Positions 9,604 to 19,234 of a DNA stretch of 64,000 bases are shown here, piece by piece; the stretch's first letter is position 1; each line of letters opens with the position of its first letter. A program made the translations under genes and the position numbers. A model generated the notes under the pieces. It saw only the letters and a list, made by a program, of their open reading frames with translations. It did no database searches and was not told the DNA's origin. This DNA is from a virus, in IMG/VR virus record IMGVR_UViG_3300035034_002798, positions 1 through 64,000 of that record, one strand, 5' to 3'.

Positions 9604-10454
9604 TAGTTTAACACCTTCTTCTGTAAGAGATTATTTTCCTTATAGGCAAATCTAAGCTGTGAAATTAATTCCATAATGTTTTCGTATGTTAAAACCATAT
9701 ACATAGCTTCTTCTTTCATTCTAAATACAAGTGCAGGTATCTGATTACTGCTTGCTTCGTTCTCGATCTTATTTAAAACCTGTTTTTTGATTGCATATTT
9801 AGCTTCACCCTTTGAATTTGTAGTGTTTCTCTGCTTTGCCTCGACAAGCATTATTTCGTCATTTACGTCACCTGGCATTGTCCATATAGCACCAGAACGT
9901 ATCTGCCTTCTCGACTCGCTTAACAAAGGGAATATGCTCTCCTCGTAGTCATCGCTGGCTATCTGGTCTTTAAATCTTATGTTTTCATCTATTAAAAACT
10001 TAAGGTGAACTACAAGGTCTGATATATAGCCATATTCAGTCATGATATAAGCTGTATCATCATTTTTGAACTTAAAACTTGTGGCAAAAGATTTTCCGTT
10101 AATGTCCGAGTATAAGTCCTTTTGATAGACTGTGTAACTACCTTCTCCTCTGACCTCACTAGCCTTACCATCTATTATTTCAAGATAGTTAGTATGATAT
10201 TCTTTCATGCCAAAAACTCTCTTTTTACTCAGTGATTTATATGCTGATTTAGCAATAGGAATTGCATTCAAACTGTCAGCAACCTGTTGTTCTAGGCCTT
10301 CCCAGCCGGACTGAGCTTTGTTGGAACGTTTTCTGTGTTTTTGGTTCCACTTATCTTTAGGAAGCTTAAGTAGTCTTAAATCATCACATAAATAACACTT
10401 ACTGCTGTTTTTACATCTGTCAAAATATTGACAATCGAATAGATTTTCTGACAT
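9603..10454 (-). CDS. putative PD-(D/E)xK nuclease / Holliday junction resolvase-like
   Basis: GWEGLEQQVA helix, SGA....GDV....LVEAK catalytic pattern, N-terminal Cys cluster. Confidence 0.55.
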   Translation of the reverse strand: MSENLFDCQYFDRCKNSSKCYLCDDLRLLKLPKDKWNQKHRKRSNKAQSGWEGLEQQVADSLNAIPIAKSAYKSLSKKRVFGMKEYHTNYLEIIDGKASEVRGEGSYTVYQKDLYSDINGKSFATSFKFKNDDTAYIMTEYGYISDLVVHLKFLIDENIRFKDQIASDDYEESIFPLLSESRRQIRSGAIWTMPGDVNDEIMLVEAKQRNTTNSKGEAKYAIKKQVLNKIENEASSNQIPALVFRMKEEAMYMVLTYENIMELISQLRFAYKENNLLQKKVLN

Positions 10455-10501
10455 ATTATCGCTCCATTTTTAAATATTTTATTAAATTACACCAAAAATA
10501 A

Positions 10502-10567
10502 ACTACATGGAGAGGGGTGAGGTCAAATCTATGATTTGACGGAATTCCCCTAGAAATGTAGTAGGTT
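10502..10567 (+). promoter_or_regulatory. dispersed hairpin element H1 (candidate ssDNA promoter, divergent copy)
   Basis: GTCAAATC-tat-GATTTGAC core with outer stems CTACAT/ATGTAG and AGGGG/CCCCT; TTGACG-20-TAGGTT on right arm. Confidence 0.5.
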
Positions 10568-10579
10568 TAGAATTAGATG

Positions 10580-11026
10580 TTAAATACTTGCCTCTATTTT
10601 TAGGATGCTGCTGTCAGTTATAAGCATATCTCTTTTAGCATCAAGAGATTTAACAATATCATCCATAAACATCTTTCTTCTCCTTAATTCTTTTTTGGCT
10701 TCGATCATTGTCTGATCCGTTTCCTCATAACTTACTCTACTGAGCGCCTCATTGACAAGTGCATCTCTTTCATCATTGTTTCTGCCTTCTTCAAATAGTT
10801 CGTTGAACAGGCCGCTTTTTACCATTGAAAGAGCTGTCTTTATGTTCTCAAAAGCACTTCTTATTCTAGAGTGAGTAACTCTTACCTCTGTGTAAACAGC
10901 GTCAATTTGAGAAATTAGATTCTTAATATCGGTTGTCGTTGGATCTGGAGGTATAACTATATCTTTAACTCTCCGCTCATAATCAAATTCAAGCTCGTTC
11001 CACTCTTCTGGAGTCAATAAGGTCAC
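10580..11026 (-). CDS. helical protein, possibly UvsY-like recombination mediator
   Basis: Size and coiled-coil pattern only. Confidence 0.35.
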   Translation of the reverse strand: MTLLTPEEWNELEFDYERRVKDIVIPPDPTTTDIKNLISQIDAVYTEVRVTHSRIRSAFENIKTALSMVKSGLFNELFEEGRNNDERDALVNEALSRVSYEETDQTMIEAKKELRRRKMFMDDIVKSLDAKRDMLITDSSILKIEASI

Positions 11027-11683
11027 CTACCTCTCAATGGACTTAATCTTACCAACTTTATCTACTAATTTTTCAAAAGTTTCTTCTACTGTTAAGTCGG
11101 TATTATCTATTTTTATATCAAATCTGGCATCATCAAGTGCTGTTTCTGTATTATGAGTTAACCATTCCTCTTTGATGATACCGTATTTTTCTTTCAGTCT
11201 TTCTTTCCTGACCTCTTCATCTGTTTCTAATCTTACTGTGTAGAAATCTTCCTGCCTTAACAAATCCATTTCTATTGGAAATCTCATATCATCAACTACA
11301 ACTCTATCGTGTTTCGGTAATTCGTCATTTATTAAATAATCTATCCAAACATCTGATTTAATATCTACTAATGTTTGGCCAAGATCCTGCAGTAGAGGTC
11401 TATTTTTACCTTCTACTGGATCATAAGAGTAAAATATATTGCCAACTGCCAATAAGGCCTTATTAAAATCGTTTATAGGTATCTGCCCAAATAAATCTAA
11501 AAGATGTTGTGTTAACTTTGGAGAAAGTTTGCCGGTATTGTCTAATAGTTCTGGCGTGTGGAGTTCTGCGATTTCTTTTATCTTGTCTGCTATGGATAAT
11601 TCTTCATTGTCAAGTTCATCTGCTATCTTATTTGCTAGCGTACTCTTACCTGTTGCCATTTTTCCAGAAATTGCTAGATTCAT
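11027..11683 (-). CDS. deoxynucleoside monophosphate kinase
   Basis: P-loop GKMATGKST, R.LLQ.LG, VVDDMRF..E, HNTETALD. Confidence 0.8.
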   Translation of the reverse strand: MNLAISGKMATGKSTLANKIADELDNEELSIADKIKEIAELHTPELLDNTGKLSPKLTQHLLDLFGQIPINDFNKALLAVGNIFYSYDPVEGKNRPLLQDLGQTLVDIKSDVWIDYLINDELPKHDRVVVDDMRFPIEMDLLRQEDFYTVRLETDEEVRKERLKEKYGIIKEEWLTHNTETALDDARFDIKIDNTDLTVEETFEKLVDKVGKIKSIER

Positions 11684-11775
11684 TGTTAGAAATATCCTCC
11701 CGTTATCTATTTATTGATATTAAATAAAAAAAGAGCCCCTATTTTTTCTAGGGACTCTTACTTAACAGAGAGAGG

Positions 11776-12333
11776 TCAATCTTTTTTAGCGTCAGACATA
11801 ATATCATTTAGGTTACTTTTTAATACTTGTCCTAATGCAATAGCTACTTCATCATCCTTGTTATCCTCGGAATCCTTTTGGCGACGAACTATTATTTCAT
11901 AATTATCGCCAAAGTCAATAGCTTTTATGACGCGTTCTTTCTGTTCCCTATACATATCTAATTCTTTGTGTAAATCCCTTATTAATTTACGGTTTTTCCT
12001 GAATATATCTAGTATATCCTTAGACATTTTTACTAACTCTTCGCCTTCTGTTATCCAATGGTCGAAGACTTCTAGGTCATTTTCTGAAGTGTCTAACGGA
12101 ATAATTTTATTCGGTTTACTTCTATCAGGTGTTTCCTCTATTTCTATTATGCCGTTATCTTCGAGTGTGTGCAGTGCTCTAAAGACTGTTGCGGTAGAAT
12201 GATTGGTTGCTGACGCGATGTCTGAAATAGATTCTTGCATAACCCCTTCATCCAATGATCTTCTTGTAATATAGTTTAATATATTATCTTCAGCTTTGGT
12301 CAATGATATTACCTCCTCTCCTTTTAATATCAA
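11776..12333 (-). CDS. winged-helix transcriptional regulator
   Basis: SISDIASATNHSTATVFRALHTLEDNGIIE HTH. Confidence 0.8.
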   Translation of the reverse strand: MILKGEEVISLTKAEDNILNYITRRSLDEGVMQESISDIASATNHSTATVFRALHTLEDNGIIEIEETPDRSKPNKIIPLDTSENDLEVFDHWITEGEELVKMSKDILDIFRKNRKLIRDLHKELDMYREQKERVIKAIDFGDNYEIIVRRQKDSEDNKDDEVAIALGQVLKSNLNDIMSDAKKD

Positions 12334-12351
12334 TTATTTTACTGTATTTTT

Positions 12352-12380
12352 AGTATATCACTTATGTATTACGAAGTCAA
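12352..12380 (-). promoter_or_regulatory. sigmaA-type promoter with GTAATAC motif
   Basis: TTGACT-17-TATACT with TG extension; GTAATAC in spacer. Confidence 0.75.
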
Positions 12381-12555
12381 TATATAAGTGATAATTTCTG
12401 TAATACACTTACTAAATACCTATTAAATAAGGGAATAATAGGGAATTAGATATAATAATGTATAGGGTGTAGGAGTTAATGTCGTATAACTCACTACTTT
12501 ACGAAATCATTATACCACACTGTGTTGAATATAGTAAGGGGTGTAATACAAAAAT

Positions 12556-12999
12556 TTACTTTAATTGAATAACTTCCATTTTAATTTCCTCTATTAGGTC
12601 CTCAGTAAGGTTATCATTATACCCATTTTTGTAATATACCGTGTTAACCCCTGCATTTATCAATATTTTAGTACAGATACTACAAGGCTTATCTGTACAG
12701 TACACCGTAGAGTCTTCTGTCTTTACTCCATGAAGAGCGGCCTGAGTGATTAGATTCTGTTCTGCATGCACACCTCTACATATTTCGTGTCGTTCACCAC
12801 TTGGTACATTTAATTCTTCTCTTAAACACCCTGTTACTTTACAGTGAGCAACATTCTTTGGGGCACCATTATACCCTGTGGCCAATATCTTTTTGTCTTT
12901 GACTAAAACTGCACCAACATTTCTTCTAAGGCAGGTTGACCTTTTAGAGGCCAACTCTGCCATTTCCATGAAGTATTGGTCCCAACTAGGCCGGGACAT
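12556..12999 (-). CDS. dCMP deaminase (ComEB family)
   Basis: RSTCLRR.VGAV, GYNGAP, HAEQN, PCSIC. Confidence 0.92.
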   Translation of the reverse strand: MSRPSWDQYFMEMAELASKRSTCLRRNVGAVLVKDKKILATGYNGAPKNVAHCKVTGCLREELNVPSGERHEICRGVHAEQNLITQAALHGVKTEDSTVYCTDKPCSICTKILINAGVNTVYYKNGYNDNLTEDLIEEIKMEVIQLK

Positions 13000-13333
13000 T
13001 TTCTTTCTCCACTTCTACATCTTCAACCTCAATTGCGTCAAACTCTCCGATTCTGACAGGGGTTTCTGAAATGAGATAGCCTATTCTATTTACCTTCCAG
13101 TAACCATCGAGTATGAAATCCTCTCCGTTATTTTCTAAAAGAGTATAGATGTGATACCCTTTTCTCTTGACAAGATCATACATTCTTTCTTTCATAGCCT
13201 CTCTCTCGTACTCATCCCATAAGTAGTACCAGATGTTATACTTAATTGCCTCGTCTTTATCCATTTTAGGTGGAATAAGATCAGTCTCATCCATGAATTC
13301 CTTATAGGTCTTTACTAGTTTCGGCTTTGCCAT
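12986..13333 (-). CDS. hypothetical protein
   Basis: Start moved to MAKPK behind GAGGAG SD. Confidence 0.6.
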   Translation of the reverse strand: MAKPKLVKTYKEFMDETDLIPPKMDKDEAIKYNIWYYLWDEYEREAMKERMYDLVKRKGYHIYTLLENNGEDFILDGYWKVNRIGYLISETPVRIGEFDAIEVEDVEVEKENVPA

Positions 13334-13493
13334 CTTCTGTCTCCTCCTCATCTTTTTCTTCAACACTTCTGTGTTTATTGTACCTTAACTTTTTACTACA
13401 GGCACTACATTTATAATCCAATGATTTGGCAGTTTCTTCTTTATATACCTTCTTACAGTTGATACATAGACAATACCTGGCGACTATTATCAC
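13302..13493 (-). CDS. small zinc-binding protein
   Basis: CINC...CSAC. Confidence 0.55.
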   Translation of the reverse strand: MIIVARYCLCINCKKVYKEETAKSLDYKCSACSKKLRYNKHRSVEEKDEEETEDGKAETSKDL

Positions 13494-13496
13494 CTC

Positions 13497-13814
13497 TTAT
13501 TTCTCTGTCGTAAGTGTAATATCTTCTTCTTTTACTAACTCTTCTATATTTTCAAGTTCTACACTGTTTACATTATCCATTATCCAATCTACATCTTTAA
13601 TAGCATCTTGATATTCTGTAACACTATCGAATACAAGAAAACTCCACTGAGGATAATTGCCTGGGATTTGTTCATAACTTAATACCTTATTGTTGCCATC
13701 AGTATCTGGAATGATCACTGACCTATGCATATTATCCTCAACTGTTTGCCAAACATCTACTAAAGACTCTTTTGATTCATAAAGACCAAACTCTCTAATT
13801 TTAAGTTCTGTCAT
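13497..13814 (-). CDS. hypothetical protein
   Basis: ORF in operon. Confidence 0.55.
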   Translation of the reverse strand: MTELKIREFGLYESKESLVDVWQTVEDNMHRSVIIPDTDGNNKVLSYEQIPGNYPQWSFLVFDSVTEYQDAIKDVDWIMDNVNSVELENIEELVKEEDITLTTEK

Positions 13815-13820
13815 AATAAT

Positions 13821-15053
13821 TTATGCCCCCTTCTTATATGATATTAATTCTTCTTTATCCATTTCCAATTCTTTTATCAAATTATCTCTTTCAATGCCCA
13901 GCGCATTAGACGCTTGATTGATATATAAATCTTTCTCGGCGGGAGTAAAGGCTATCTCAAACAGTTCCTTAAGCTCCTCAATTGCCTCTATTTGAGACTC
14001 TGTAACTACCTTCCTGTATTTGTTTATAGACTTATCCAGGAAGAACTGAGAGGCAAATACGGCCTTGTTGTCGATAAATAAAGATATCTTATCTTTCATC
14101 GCATTACAGGCCTCTGCAGGATCTCCTACCTCACTCGATACTATCTTAGTAGTTATTCCTTCTTCTTTGAGTCTTTTTACCTGTCTATAGGCAAAATTAT
14201 GGCCAGCATTATCGTCATCAACAAAGATAATTACTTCATCTGCTAGCTTTTTGAGCATGTTTATGTGATGGTCAGATAAGGCAACACCCATAGTAGCAAC
14301 TGAATTGATTACATTATATTTATGAAGTAGCATTACATCTGTATAACCTTCAACAACTATGGCAGTATTGGTGTTTCTTATTTCCTTTTTAGCTTTATCA
14401 TAACCAAGTAGCAGGTTGGACTTTTTAAATATGTCCGATTCTTTCGAATTGATGTATTTTGGTCCATTTTCATCTAAAAACCTTCTGTATCCAAAACCCA
14501 CTGTTCTTCCTGCAGCATTCTGGATAGCAAAAGCTATTCGGTTCCTAATTGCTTTATAAGGATAATCGGAAGGAACTAAACCTATTCTCCATTCATCTAT
14601 ATCTTTAGTATCTAAACCCCTTTTTGACAGATACTCAAGGCCTTTCTTGTTGCTCTGAAGATTACCCCAAAACATTCTGTTTAGTTCTTCGGTTTCCTCA
14701 ACCTTTTGGATCATCCTCTTTTGTTTTGGTGATAAATCTTCTTCTGGTTTATCTATTCCAGCTCTGTCTGCAAGATGCAGAACAGCCTCCTGCCAGGTTA
14801 AATCTTCGATCTTTTCTATAAAAGATATTACATCTGATCCATTACTGTTTCTTCTTGTGCCAACTCCGCACCCATAACAATAAAACGATTGTGTTGACGG
14901 ATAAACTTTAAAACTGGCTGTATCTTCATCATGAAAAGGACAAAGGGACTGATAAATAGCCCCTTTTCTTTTTAAGTCAACATATTCTCCTATAACTTCT
15001 ATTATGTCATTTGTCTCTTTAACTTCTTCTATAAACTCATCTTCAAGATGCAT
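13821..15053 (-). CDS. dnaG: DNA primase
   Basis: CHC2 finger CPFH...CYGC, KYINS, TOPRIM VEGYTD and DDDNAG; start probably MHLEDEF. Confidence 0.92.
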   Translation of the reverse strand: MHLEDEFIEEVKETNDIIEVIGEYVDLKRKGAIYQSLCPFHDEDTASFKVYPSTQSFYCYGCGVGTRRNSNGSDVISFIEKIEDLTWQEAVLHLADRAGIDKPEEDLSPKQKRMIQKVEETEELNRMFWGNLQSNKKGLEYLSKRGLDTKDIDEWRIGLVPSDYPYKAIRNRIAFAIQNAAGRTVGFGYRRFLDENGPKYINSKESDIFKKSNLLLGYDKAKKEIRNTNTAIVVEGYTDVMLLHKYNVINSVATMGVALSDHHINMLKKLADEVIIFVDDDNAGHNFAYRQVKRLKEEGITTKIVSSEVGDPAEACNAMKDKISLFIDNKAVFASQFFLDKSINKYRKVVTESQIEAIEELKELFEIAFTPAEKDLYINQASNALGIERDNLIKELEMDKEELISYKKGA

Positions 15054-15693
15054 CCACTTCACATCCTTCTTTTTTATTATAAAAATCATCGTAACTTAAA
15101 TAATCTACTACTTTTCTTCCATTTACTACTAAAACGAAGTCACTAACATCATAAAATTCTTTCCCATCTTCTATGAGCTTTAAAGATGCGTTATTATTTA
15201 AGATATTAGCTATTTTTTCTTCTATTTTTTCAAATGGAGACATCTTATCATAAAATTCCCGGTAAAATTTTATTATCTTTTCTTCGGCAATCCATTCTCT
15301 ATCCATATTCTTGTAGTAGATATCGTCAGGTAGACTTCCTTTAATTTTATAATCTATTCTTTTATCGTCTACAGGATCGGGAGATTTATCGTAGCATTCT
15401 TTACATGCTGCCTTTAAGTTTTTTGGCCAATCAGAACCACCATCTGTCCTTCTCTTGATTCTTATGGCTTCTGTTGCCTCAGCTCCGCATTCCTGGCATA
15501 TATGATCATCACGCCAGATAACATAGTTTCTGAGTGCATTTCTTTCTTCTTTTGTTATTAATAACTTAATAGCTCTTCCCTGTACCTGTATGGCATGGCC
15601 TCTCTCAATTAATTCATTAGCTTCAGCAAGGCTGACAGGGTCTATCTCAATACCCTGCCTATTTACCACCTTAACTGGGTCTGTGTCCTCCAT
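15043..15693 (-). CDS. PLMP/RRXRR-like domain + degenerate HNH + C-terminal domain
   Basis: VKVVNRQG..I.P.....A..LI..G.A, RD.HICQECG, GG.D.PKNL..ACKEC; catalytic DH and final N/H absent. Confidence 0.6.
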   Translation of the reverse strand: MEDTDPVKVVNRQGIEIDPVSLAEANELIERGHAIQVQGRAIKLLITKEERNALRNYVIWRDDHICQECGAEATEAIRIKRRTDGGSDWPKNLKAACKECYDKSPDPVDDKRIDYKIKGSLPDDIYYKNMDREWIAEEKIIKFYREFYDKMSPFEKIEEKIANILNNNASLKLIEDGKEFYDVSDFVLVVNGRKVVDYLSYDDFYNKKEGCEVDAS

Positions 15694-15707
15694 AAACCGT
15701 CCTCCAA

Positions 15708-15902
15708 TCAGTAAATTATTATTAGATGTGTTAGTGTATAAATTAGTAGAGTGTCTCCAGCAAGCTGGATATAAAAGTTATATCTTTTTGGAGCGTTGAT
15801 GAACTGATTGTAATTCTTTATGATTACTCTGCCTATCATTCCAATATCATAAAGAGCAAATAGCAATAATAAAACACAAAATACTGTTAAATGTAATGGC
15901 AT
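15708..15902 (-). CDS. small membrane protein
   Basis: Two hydrophobic segments; AAGGAGG SD. Confidence 0.6.
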   Translation of the reverse strand: MPLHLTVFCVLLLLFALYDIGMIGRVIIKNYNQFINAPKRYNFYIQLAGDTLLIYTLTHLIIIY

Positions 15903-15916
15903 ATATGTGCCTCCTT

Positions 15917-16450
15917 TTACTTAGGTGACCTATAAACAAAAGTCTTAGATTCTTTTTCTGCTGTGCCTGGTAGTAATTTACCTGTATTTTTCTTTTGTTC
16001 CTCTACGTACTTCTTAAAATTTCTTTTTCTAATAGACTTTTTAGTTCTGATATACTCATCTGTCTGATCTTCTAACATAGATTCGATATAGGACATTGCC
16101 TCATCTTCATCTTCGATATCTATCTTAGTCTTTTGAGTAACATAAGCAGAGCCAACATCTGGATAGGAGAGAGTTTCTCCATCGTTTTGTTCAACGATAA
16201 ATGCCTCTAATCCATCTCTTATGATCTGAGCTTCAGACTCAAGACTATTAATCTTTTCTTTCAATACTTTTACTTTCTGCCTCTTGTAATCATTTAAGTC
16301 TTCAATCCTTGCCTGTAGGCTGTCGAGTTTGGCCATCATTTTAACGGCAGTATTTTTGTCTGTTATATCCAGGTCGTCTGTTCCTAATTCCTCATTAATG
16401 TCTTCATACTCAAAGTAATTTGTTAATGCTGGTGATCCCATATTATACAA
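15917..16450 (-). CDS. Mu Gam / Gp157-like host-nuclease inhibitor
   Basis: N-terminal coiled coil, TLSYPDVG, YIRTKKSI.K...KK. Confidence 0.6.
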   Translation of the reverse strand: MYNMGSPALTNYFEYEDINEELGTDDLDITDKNTAVKMMAKLDSLQARIEDLNDYKRQKVKVLKEKINSLESEAQIIRDGLEAFIVEQNDGETLSYPDVGSAYVTQKTKIDIEDEDEAMSYIESMLEDQTDEYIRTKKSIRKRNFKKYVEEQKKNTGKLLPGTAEKESKTFVYRSPK

Positions 16451-16718
16451 CCTCCCATGTTTTTTTGAAATGCTTTTTGGCTTTGTCCATTATCCATCCA
16501 ATACCATTGTGGTCTTTCATATATTCATCTACAGAGTTATAAAAAAGTATAGTTGAACCATGTCCTTCAACATTATCCCAGGCCACAACTTTTCTATCAT
16601 CAGTTAACCATACTAAATGCTTATCCTGACTATCAGGTATTGATGCCGCAAACAGGGCGTCGTTTTCCTGAAGTGTTATTCCGCTAGTCCCTGTTACTTC
16701 AAATCTCAGTTTTTTCAT
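16443..16718 (-). CDS. hypothetical protein
   Basis: Overlapping operon ORF. Confidence 0.55.
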   Translation of the reverse strand: MKKLRFEVTGTSGITLQENDALFAASIPDSQDKHLVWLTDDRKVVAWDNVEGHGSTILFYNSVDEYMKDHNGIGWIMDKAKKHFKKTWEVV

Positions 16719-16953
16719 ACTTTTTATCCTCCTCTGTCAAGTCGTCTACATTTAGTAGATTCTTTGTTGGGACAGACTTCCAATTCTTCCCTCTGCCTGC
16801 AAATGGTTCTGCACCATCAGTAAAGACAGTTATCTCTGAGTATTTTTTATCTTCTGTCATACTTTTTACTCTAAATAGAGGGTTATTATTAAAGGGCCAT
16901 CTTTCTAATATTACTCGATGATACACAATATTACTAGTTTTTATCTCTGCCAT
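16699..16953 (-). CDS. hypothetical protein
   Basis: ORF with GAGGAGG SD. Confidence 0.55.
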   Translation of the reverse strand: MAEIKTSNIVYHRVILERWPFNNNPLFRVKSMTEDKKYSEITVFTDGAEPFAGRGKNWKSVPTKNLLNVDDLTEEDKKYEKTEI

Positions 16954-16954
16954 C

Positions 16955-17278
16955 CTATCCCTCCTCTATATCTTTTAATTCTTTTAAAACAGCGTTTTTA
17001 ATTCTTCTAATATTACCGTGAAGATTATCAAACTTTTCGTTGATTATTTCCTCTGTCTTTTCTTCAACTACATGATCAAAGACACTTTCCATTCTTTTAG
17101 CAACTTCCATAAAAGAAACTTCGTGGCCATTAACGGTGAATTCTACTTCCATAGTCTCAGAATCAAATTCCTCTTCATAAATCATACTTGAATTTTCTTT
17201 TGTGATTGCAACCAGTATCATCCAGGCTGCAAAATCGCCATTATCATTAGCCTCTATCCAATTAATAGTTTCACTCAT
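16955..17278 (-). CDS. hypothetical phage protein
   Basis: EVEFTVNG.EV.F pattern; AAGGAG SD. Confidence 0.6.
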   Translation of the reverse strand: MSETINWIEANDNGDFAAWMILVAITKENSSMIYEEEFDSETMEVEFTVNGHEVSFMEVAKRMESVFDHVVEEKTEEIINEKFDNLHGNIRRIKNAVLKELKDIEEG

Positions 17279-17322
17279 CTGACCACTCCTTTAAAAATAG
17301 TTAATCAATTCAATTGTTATAA

Positions 17323-17385
17323 ACCATTTAAGGCAAGGGGAGTCAAACGGTTTTATTGACGCCCCGAAGCCGTAATGGTAAAAGT
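17323..17385 (+). promoter_or_regulatory. dispersed hairpin element H2
   Basis: GTCAA-acggtttta-TTGAC; stems ACCATT/AATGGT, GGC/GCC, GGGG/CCCC; TTGACG-17-TAAAAG(T). Confidence 0.65.
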
Positions 17386-17389
17386 AAGT

Positions 17390-17887
17390 CTAAGGCCTAT
17401 ACTTGGGATCGATTTCGTTTACGAATTGTTCGAATTTAGTCTTATAGACATCTTCGATAGGAGCTTTATACTCTCCCTCGTGCGGGCCATAAGTAAACTT
17501 ATATCTTTTATATGAGTTAGATGAAATATTTTTATCGAAAGGAAAGATTTTTTCAATCTTTTTCTTGATCAGCATTTTTTCTGGTCTATCTACAAGATAA
17601 ACAGAATCGCTTTCTATATACATTCCTGTTTCATCAATAACCTTTTCTGCTGTGGCTGTCTCTTTTCCGTAGAATAAGGGACTATCATTCCCAAATCTAG
17701 TACCGTCAAGAACATCATGCTTATGACCAATATTCATTGAAACTCTAAACTCAACATAATATTTAGAATCGTTGAAATTATAAAGTTTAATATCAACTCC
17801 TCTAAACCTTTCTAAGAATGCTTTTAAGTCTTTTTTCTCGAGCAAAAATCCATCATAAGTAATGCTTTTTTCCATCTTCATATACAA
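17390..17887 (-). CDS. hypothetical protein
   Basis: 165-aa ORF. Confidence 0.55.
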   Translation of the reverse strand: MYMKMEKSITYDGFLLEKKDLKAFLERFRGVDIKLYNFNDSKYYVEFRVSMNIGHKHDVLDGTRFGNDSPLFYGKETATAEKVIDETGMYIESDSVYLVDRPEKMLIKKKIEKIFPFDKNISSNSYKRYKFTYGPHEGEYKAPIEDVYKTKFEQFVNEIDPKYRP

Positions 17888-17909
17888 ATACCCCCAGATA
17901 TTTTATTGA

Positions 17910-18584
17910 TTAAAAGTTTAAACTAACCGCGGCAAAAGGTTTGGCATCTGACCCGTCTGAACCCGGGTCGTAAACCACACCTCCAGAAACACTAACATTA
18001 TTTGATGTTGACAGTTCTATAATTATTTCGTTCTGTTTTTTGATAGTATCGTATAAATCATCTATAGTAATTTCTAAGCTATCAACTGAGTCTTCAGCAT
18101 TATCATATTGTTTCCCCATAACTTCGTATTCTTTTTTATATTCTTCTGAGAGCCTGACTGCTTCATCTCTTTGGTTTTTAACCTTTACCAGTTCGTCTAA
18201 TGTGTCAAAATAAAGATCTTTCATTCCACTATAGGTATCGGGAAGACTTTCTTGTTCCTGAGCTCTACCGACACCTGTAAAAGAGATAACTATAATTATC
18301 ATAAAAATTAACATCTTAGGTCCGTTTTTCTTGATGTCATTCTTTAGACTTTCCAAAGAGTCATCTAATTTTTCTTTATTTGTCCTTGATTCATCCACCT
18401 TAGACTGCCTATCTTCCTGTTTCATCTTCTCTTCTGACTTGGTAGTATGATAATCCTCAGAGGCATCTTCCTTAAGCTTTCTTGCCTTCTGAAGTAGTTT
18501 ATTGTCTTTATACTTACCAAAAGTAATAACTGCCAGCGCGACACCACCAATAACTAAAAGTATAACCTTAATCTTGTTCCACAT
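17910..18584 (-). CDS. envelope protein (TM helix, coiled coil, second signal-like segment, C-terminal beta-strands ending in Phe)
   Basis: Hydrophobic N-terminus; internal MLIFMIIIVISFTGVGRA-QE; terminal PFAAVSLNF. Confidence 0.5.
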   Translation of the reverse strand: MWNKIKVILLVIGGVALAVITFGKYKDNKLLQKARKLKEDASEDYHTTKSEEKMKQEDRQSKVDESRTNKEKLDDSLESLKNDIKKNGPKMLIFMIIIVISFTGVGRAQEQESLPDTYSGMKDLYFDTLDELVKVKNQRDEAVRLSEEYKKEYEVMGKQYDNAEDSVDSLEITIDDLYDTIKKQNEIIIELSTSNNVSVSGGVVYDPGSDGSDAKPFAAVSLNF

Positions 18585-18600
18585 TTATTAACACCTCGTT

Positions 18601-19056
18601 TTAGAATTTACCTGTATGGCCAAAGCCGCCTTCTCCTCTTTCTGTCTCCTCTAACTGTTCGCAAATAACGGGATCCATATATGTTATCTTGGAGAAGATA
18701 CCCTGTGCTATTCGCTGTTGTTCATGTATTTTTCTTGGCCACAACTTGGTATTTTGAATAATGACACCAATATTACCGATATAACCACTGTCTATAGTTC
18801 CCGTATGGACAAGCCATCCACCTCTCGACATTCCACTTCTGCCTGTTATTTTAAACTGATATCCAGGTGGAATCTGAAGTCTTAAGTTGGTTTTTATCAA
18901 CACTGTCTGAAAAGGCAAGATCAACTTATTTTCGATAGAATATAAATCATAACCTGCATCATACTCATGTGCATGTTTGAAAGCCGGTACTTCATCATAT
19001 TCTTTAACATATTTTACTTTTCTATAGTCAACATCATTAACTTTAATTATTATCAC
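18601..19056 (-). CDS. dut: trimeric dUTPase
   Basis: AGYDL, GRSG, GTIDSGY.G, RIAQ, RGEGGFGHTG. Confidence 0.93.
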   Translation of the reverse strand: MIIIKVNDVDYRKVKYVKEYDEVPAFKHAHEYDAGYDLYSIENKLILPFQTVLIKTNLRLQIPPGYQFKITGRSGMSRGGWLVHTGTIDSGYIGNIGVIIQNTKLWPRKIHEQQRIAQGIFSKITYMDPVICEQLEETERGEGGFGHTGKF

Positions 19057-19234
19057 CCTTTTTGTACTTTGTTATATCTATTCCTTTATCTTTGAGAAAG
19101 GCCAGACAATCTTCGTATTCTCCAGCCATTTCTCTATGAAAATATTTATTTAATACTGTATATATTGTTATGTTGTCATCAATAACATGTAACTTAGCGA
19201 GCTTGTATTCGGGCTCCTTATAAGTTGTTAGCAT
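19043..19234 (-). CDS. hypothetical protein
   Basis: ORF with GAAGGAG SD. Confidence 0.5.
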   Translation of the reverse strand: MLTTYKEPEYKLAKLHVIDDNITIYTVLNKYFHREMAGEYEDCLAFLKDKGIDITKYKKGDNN

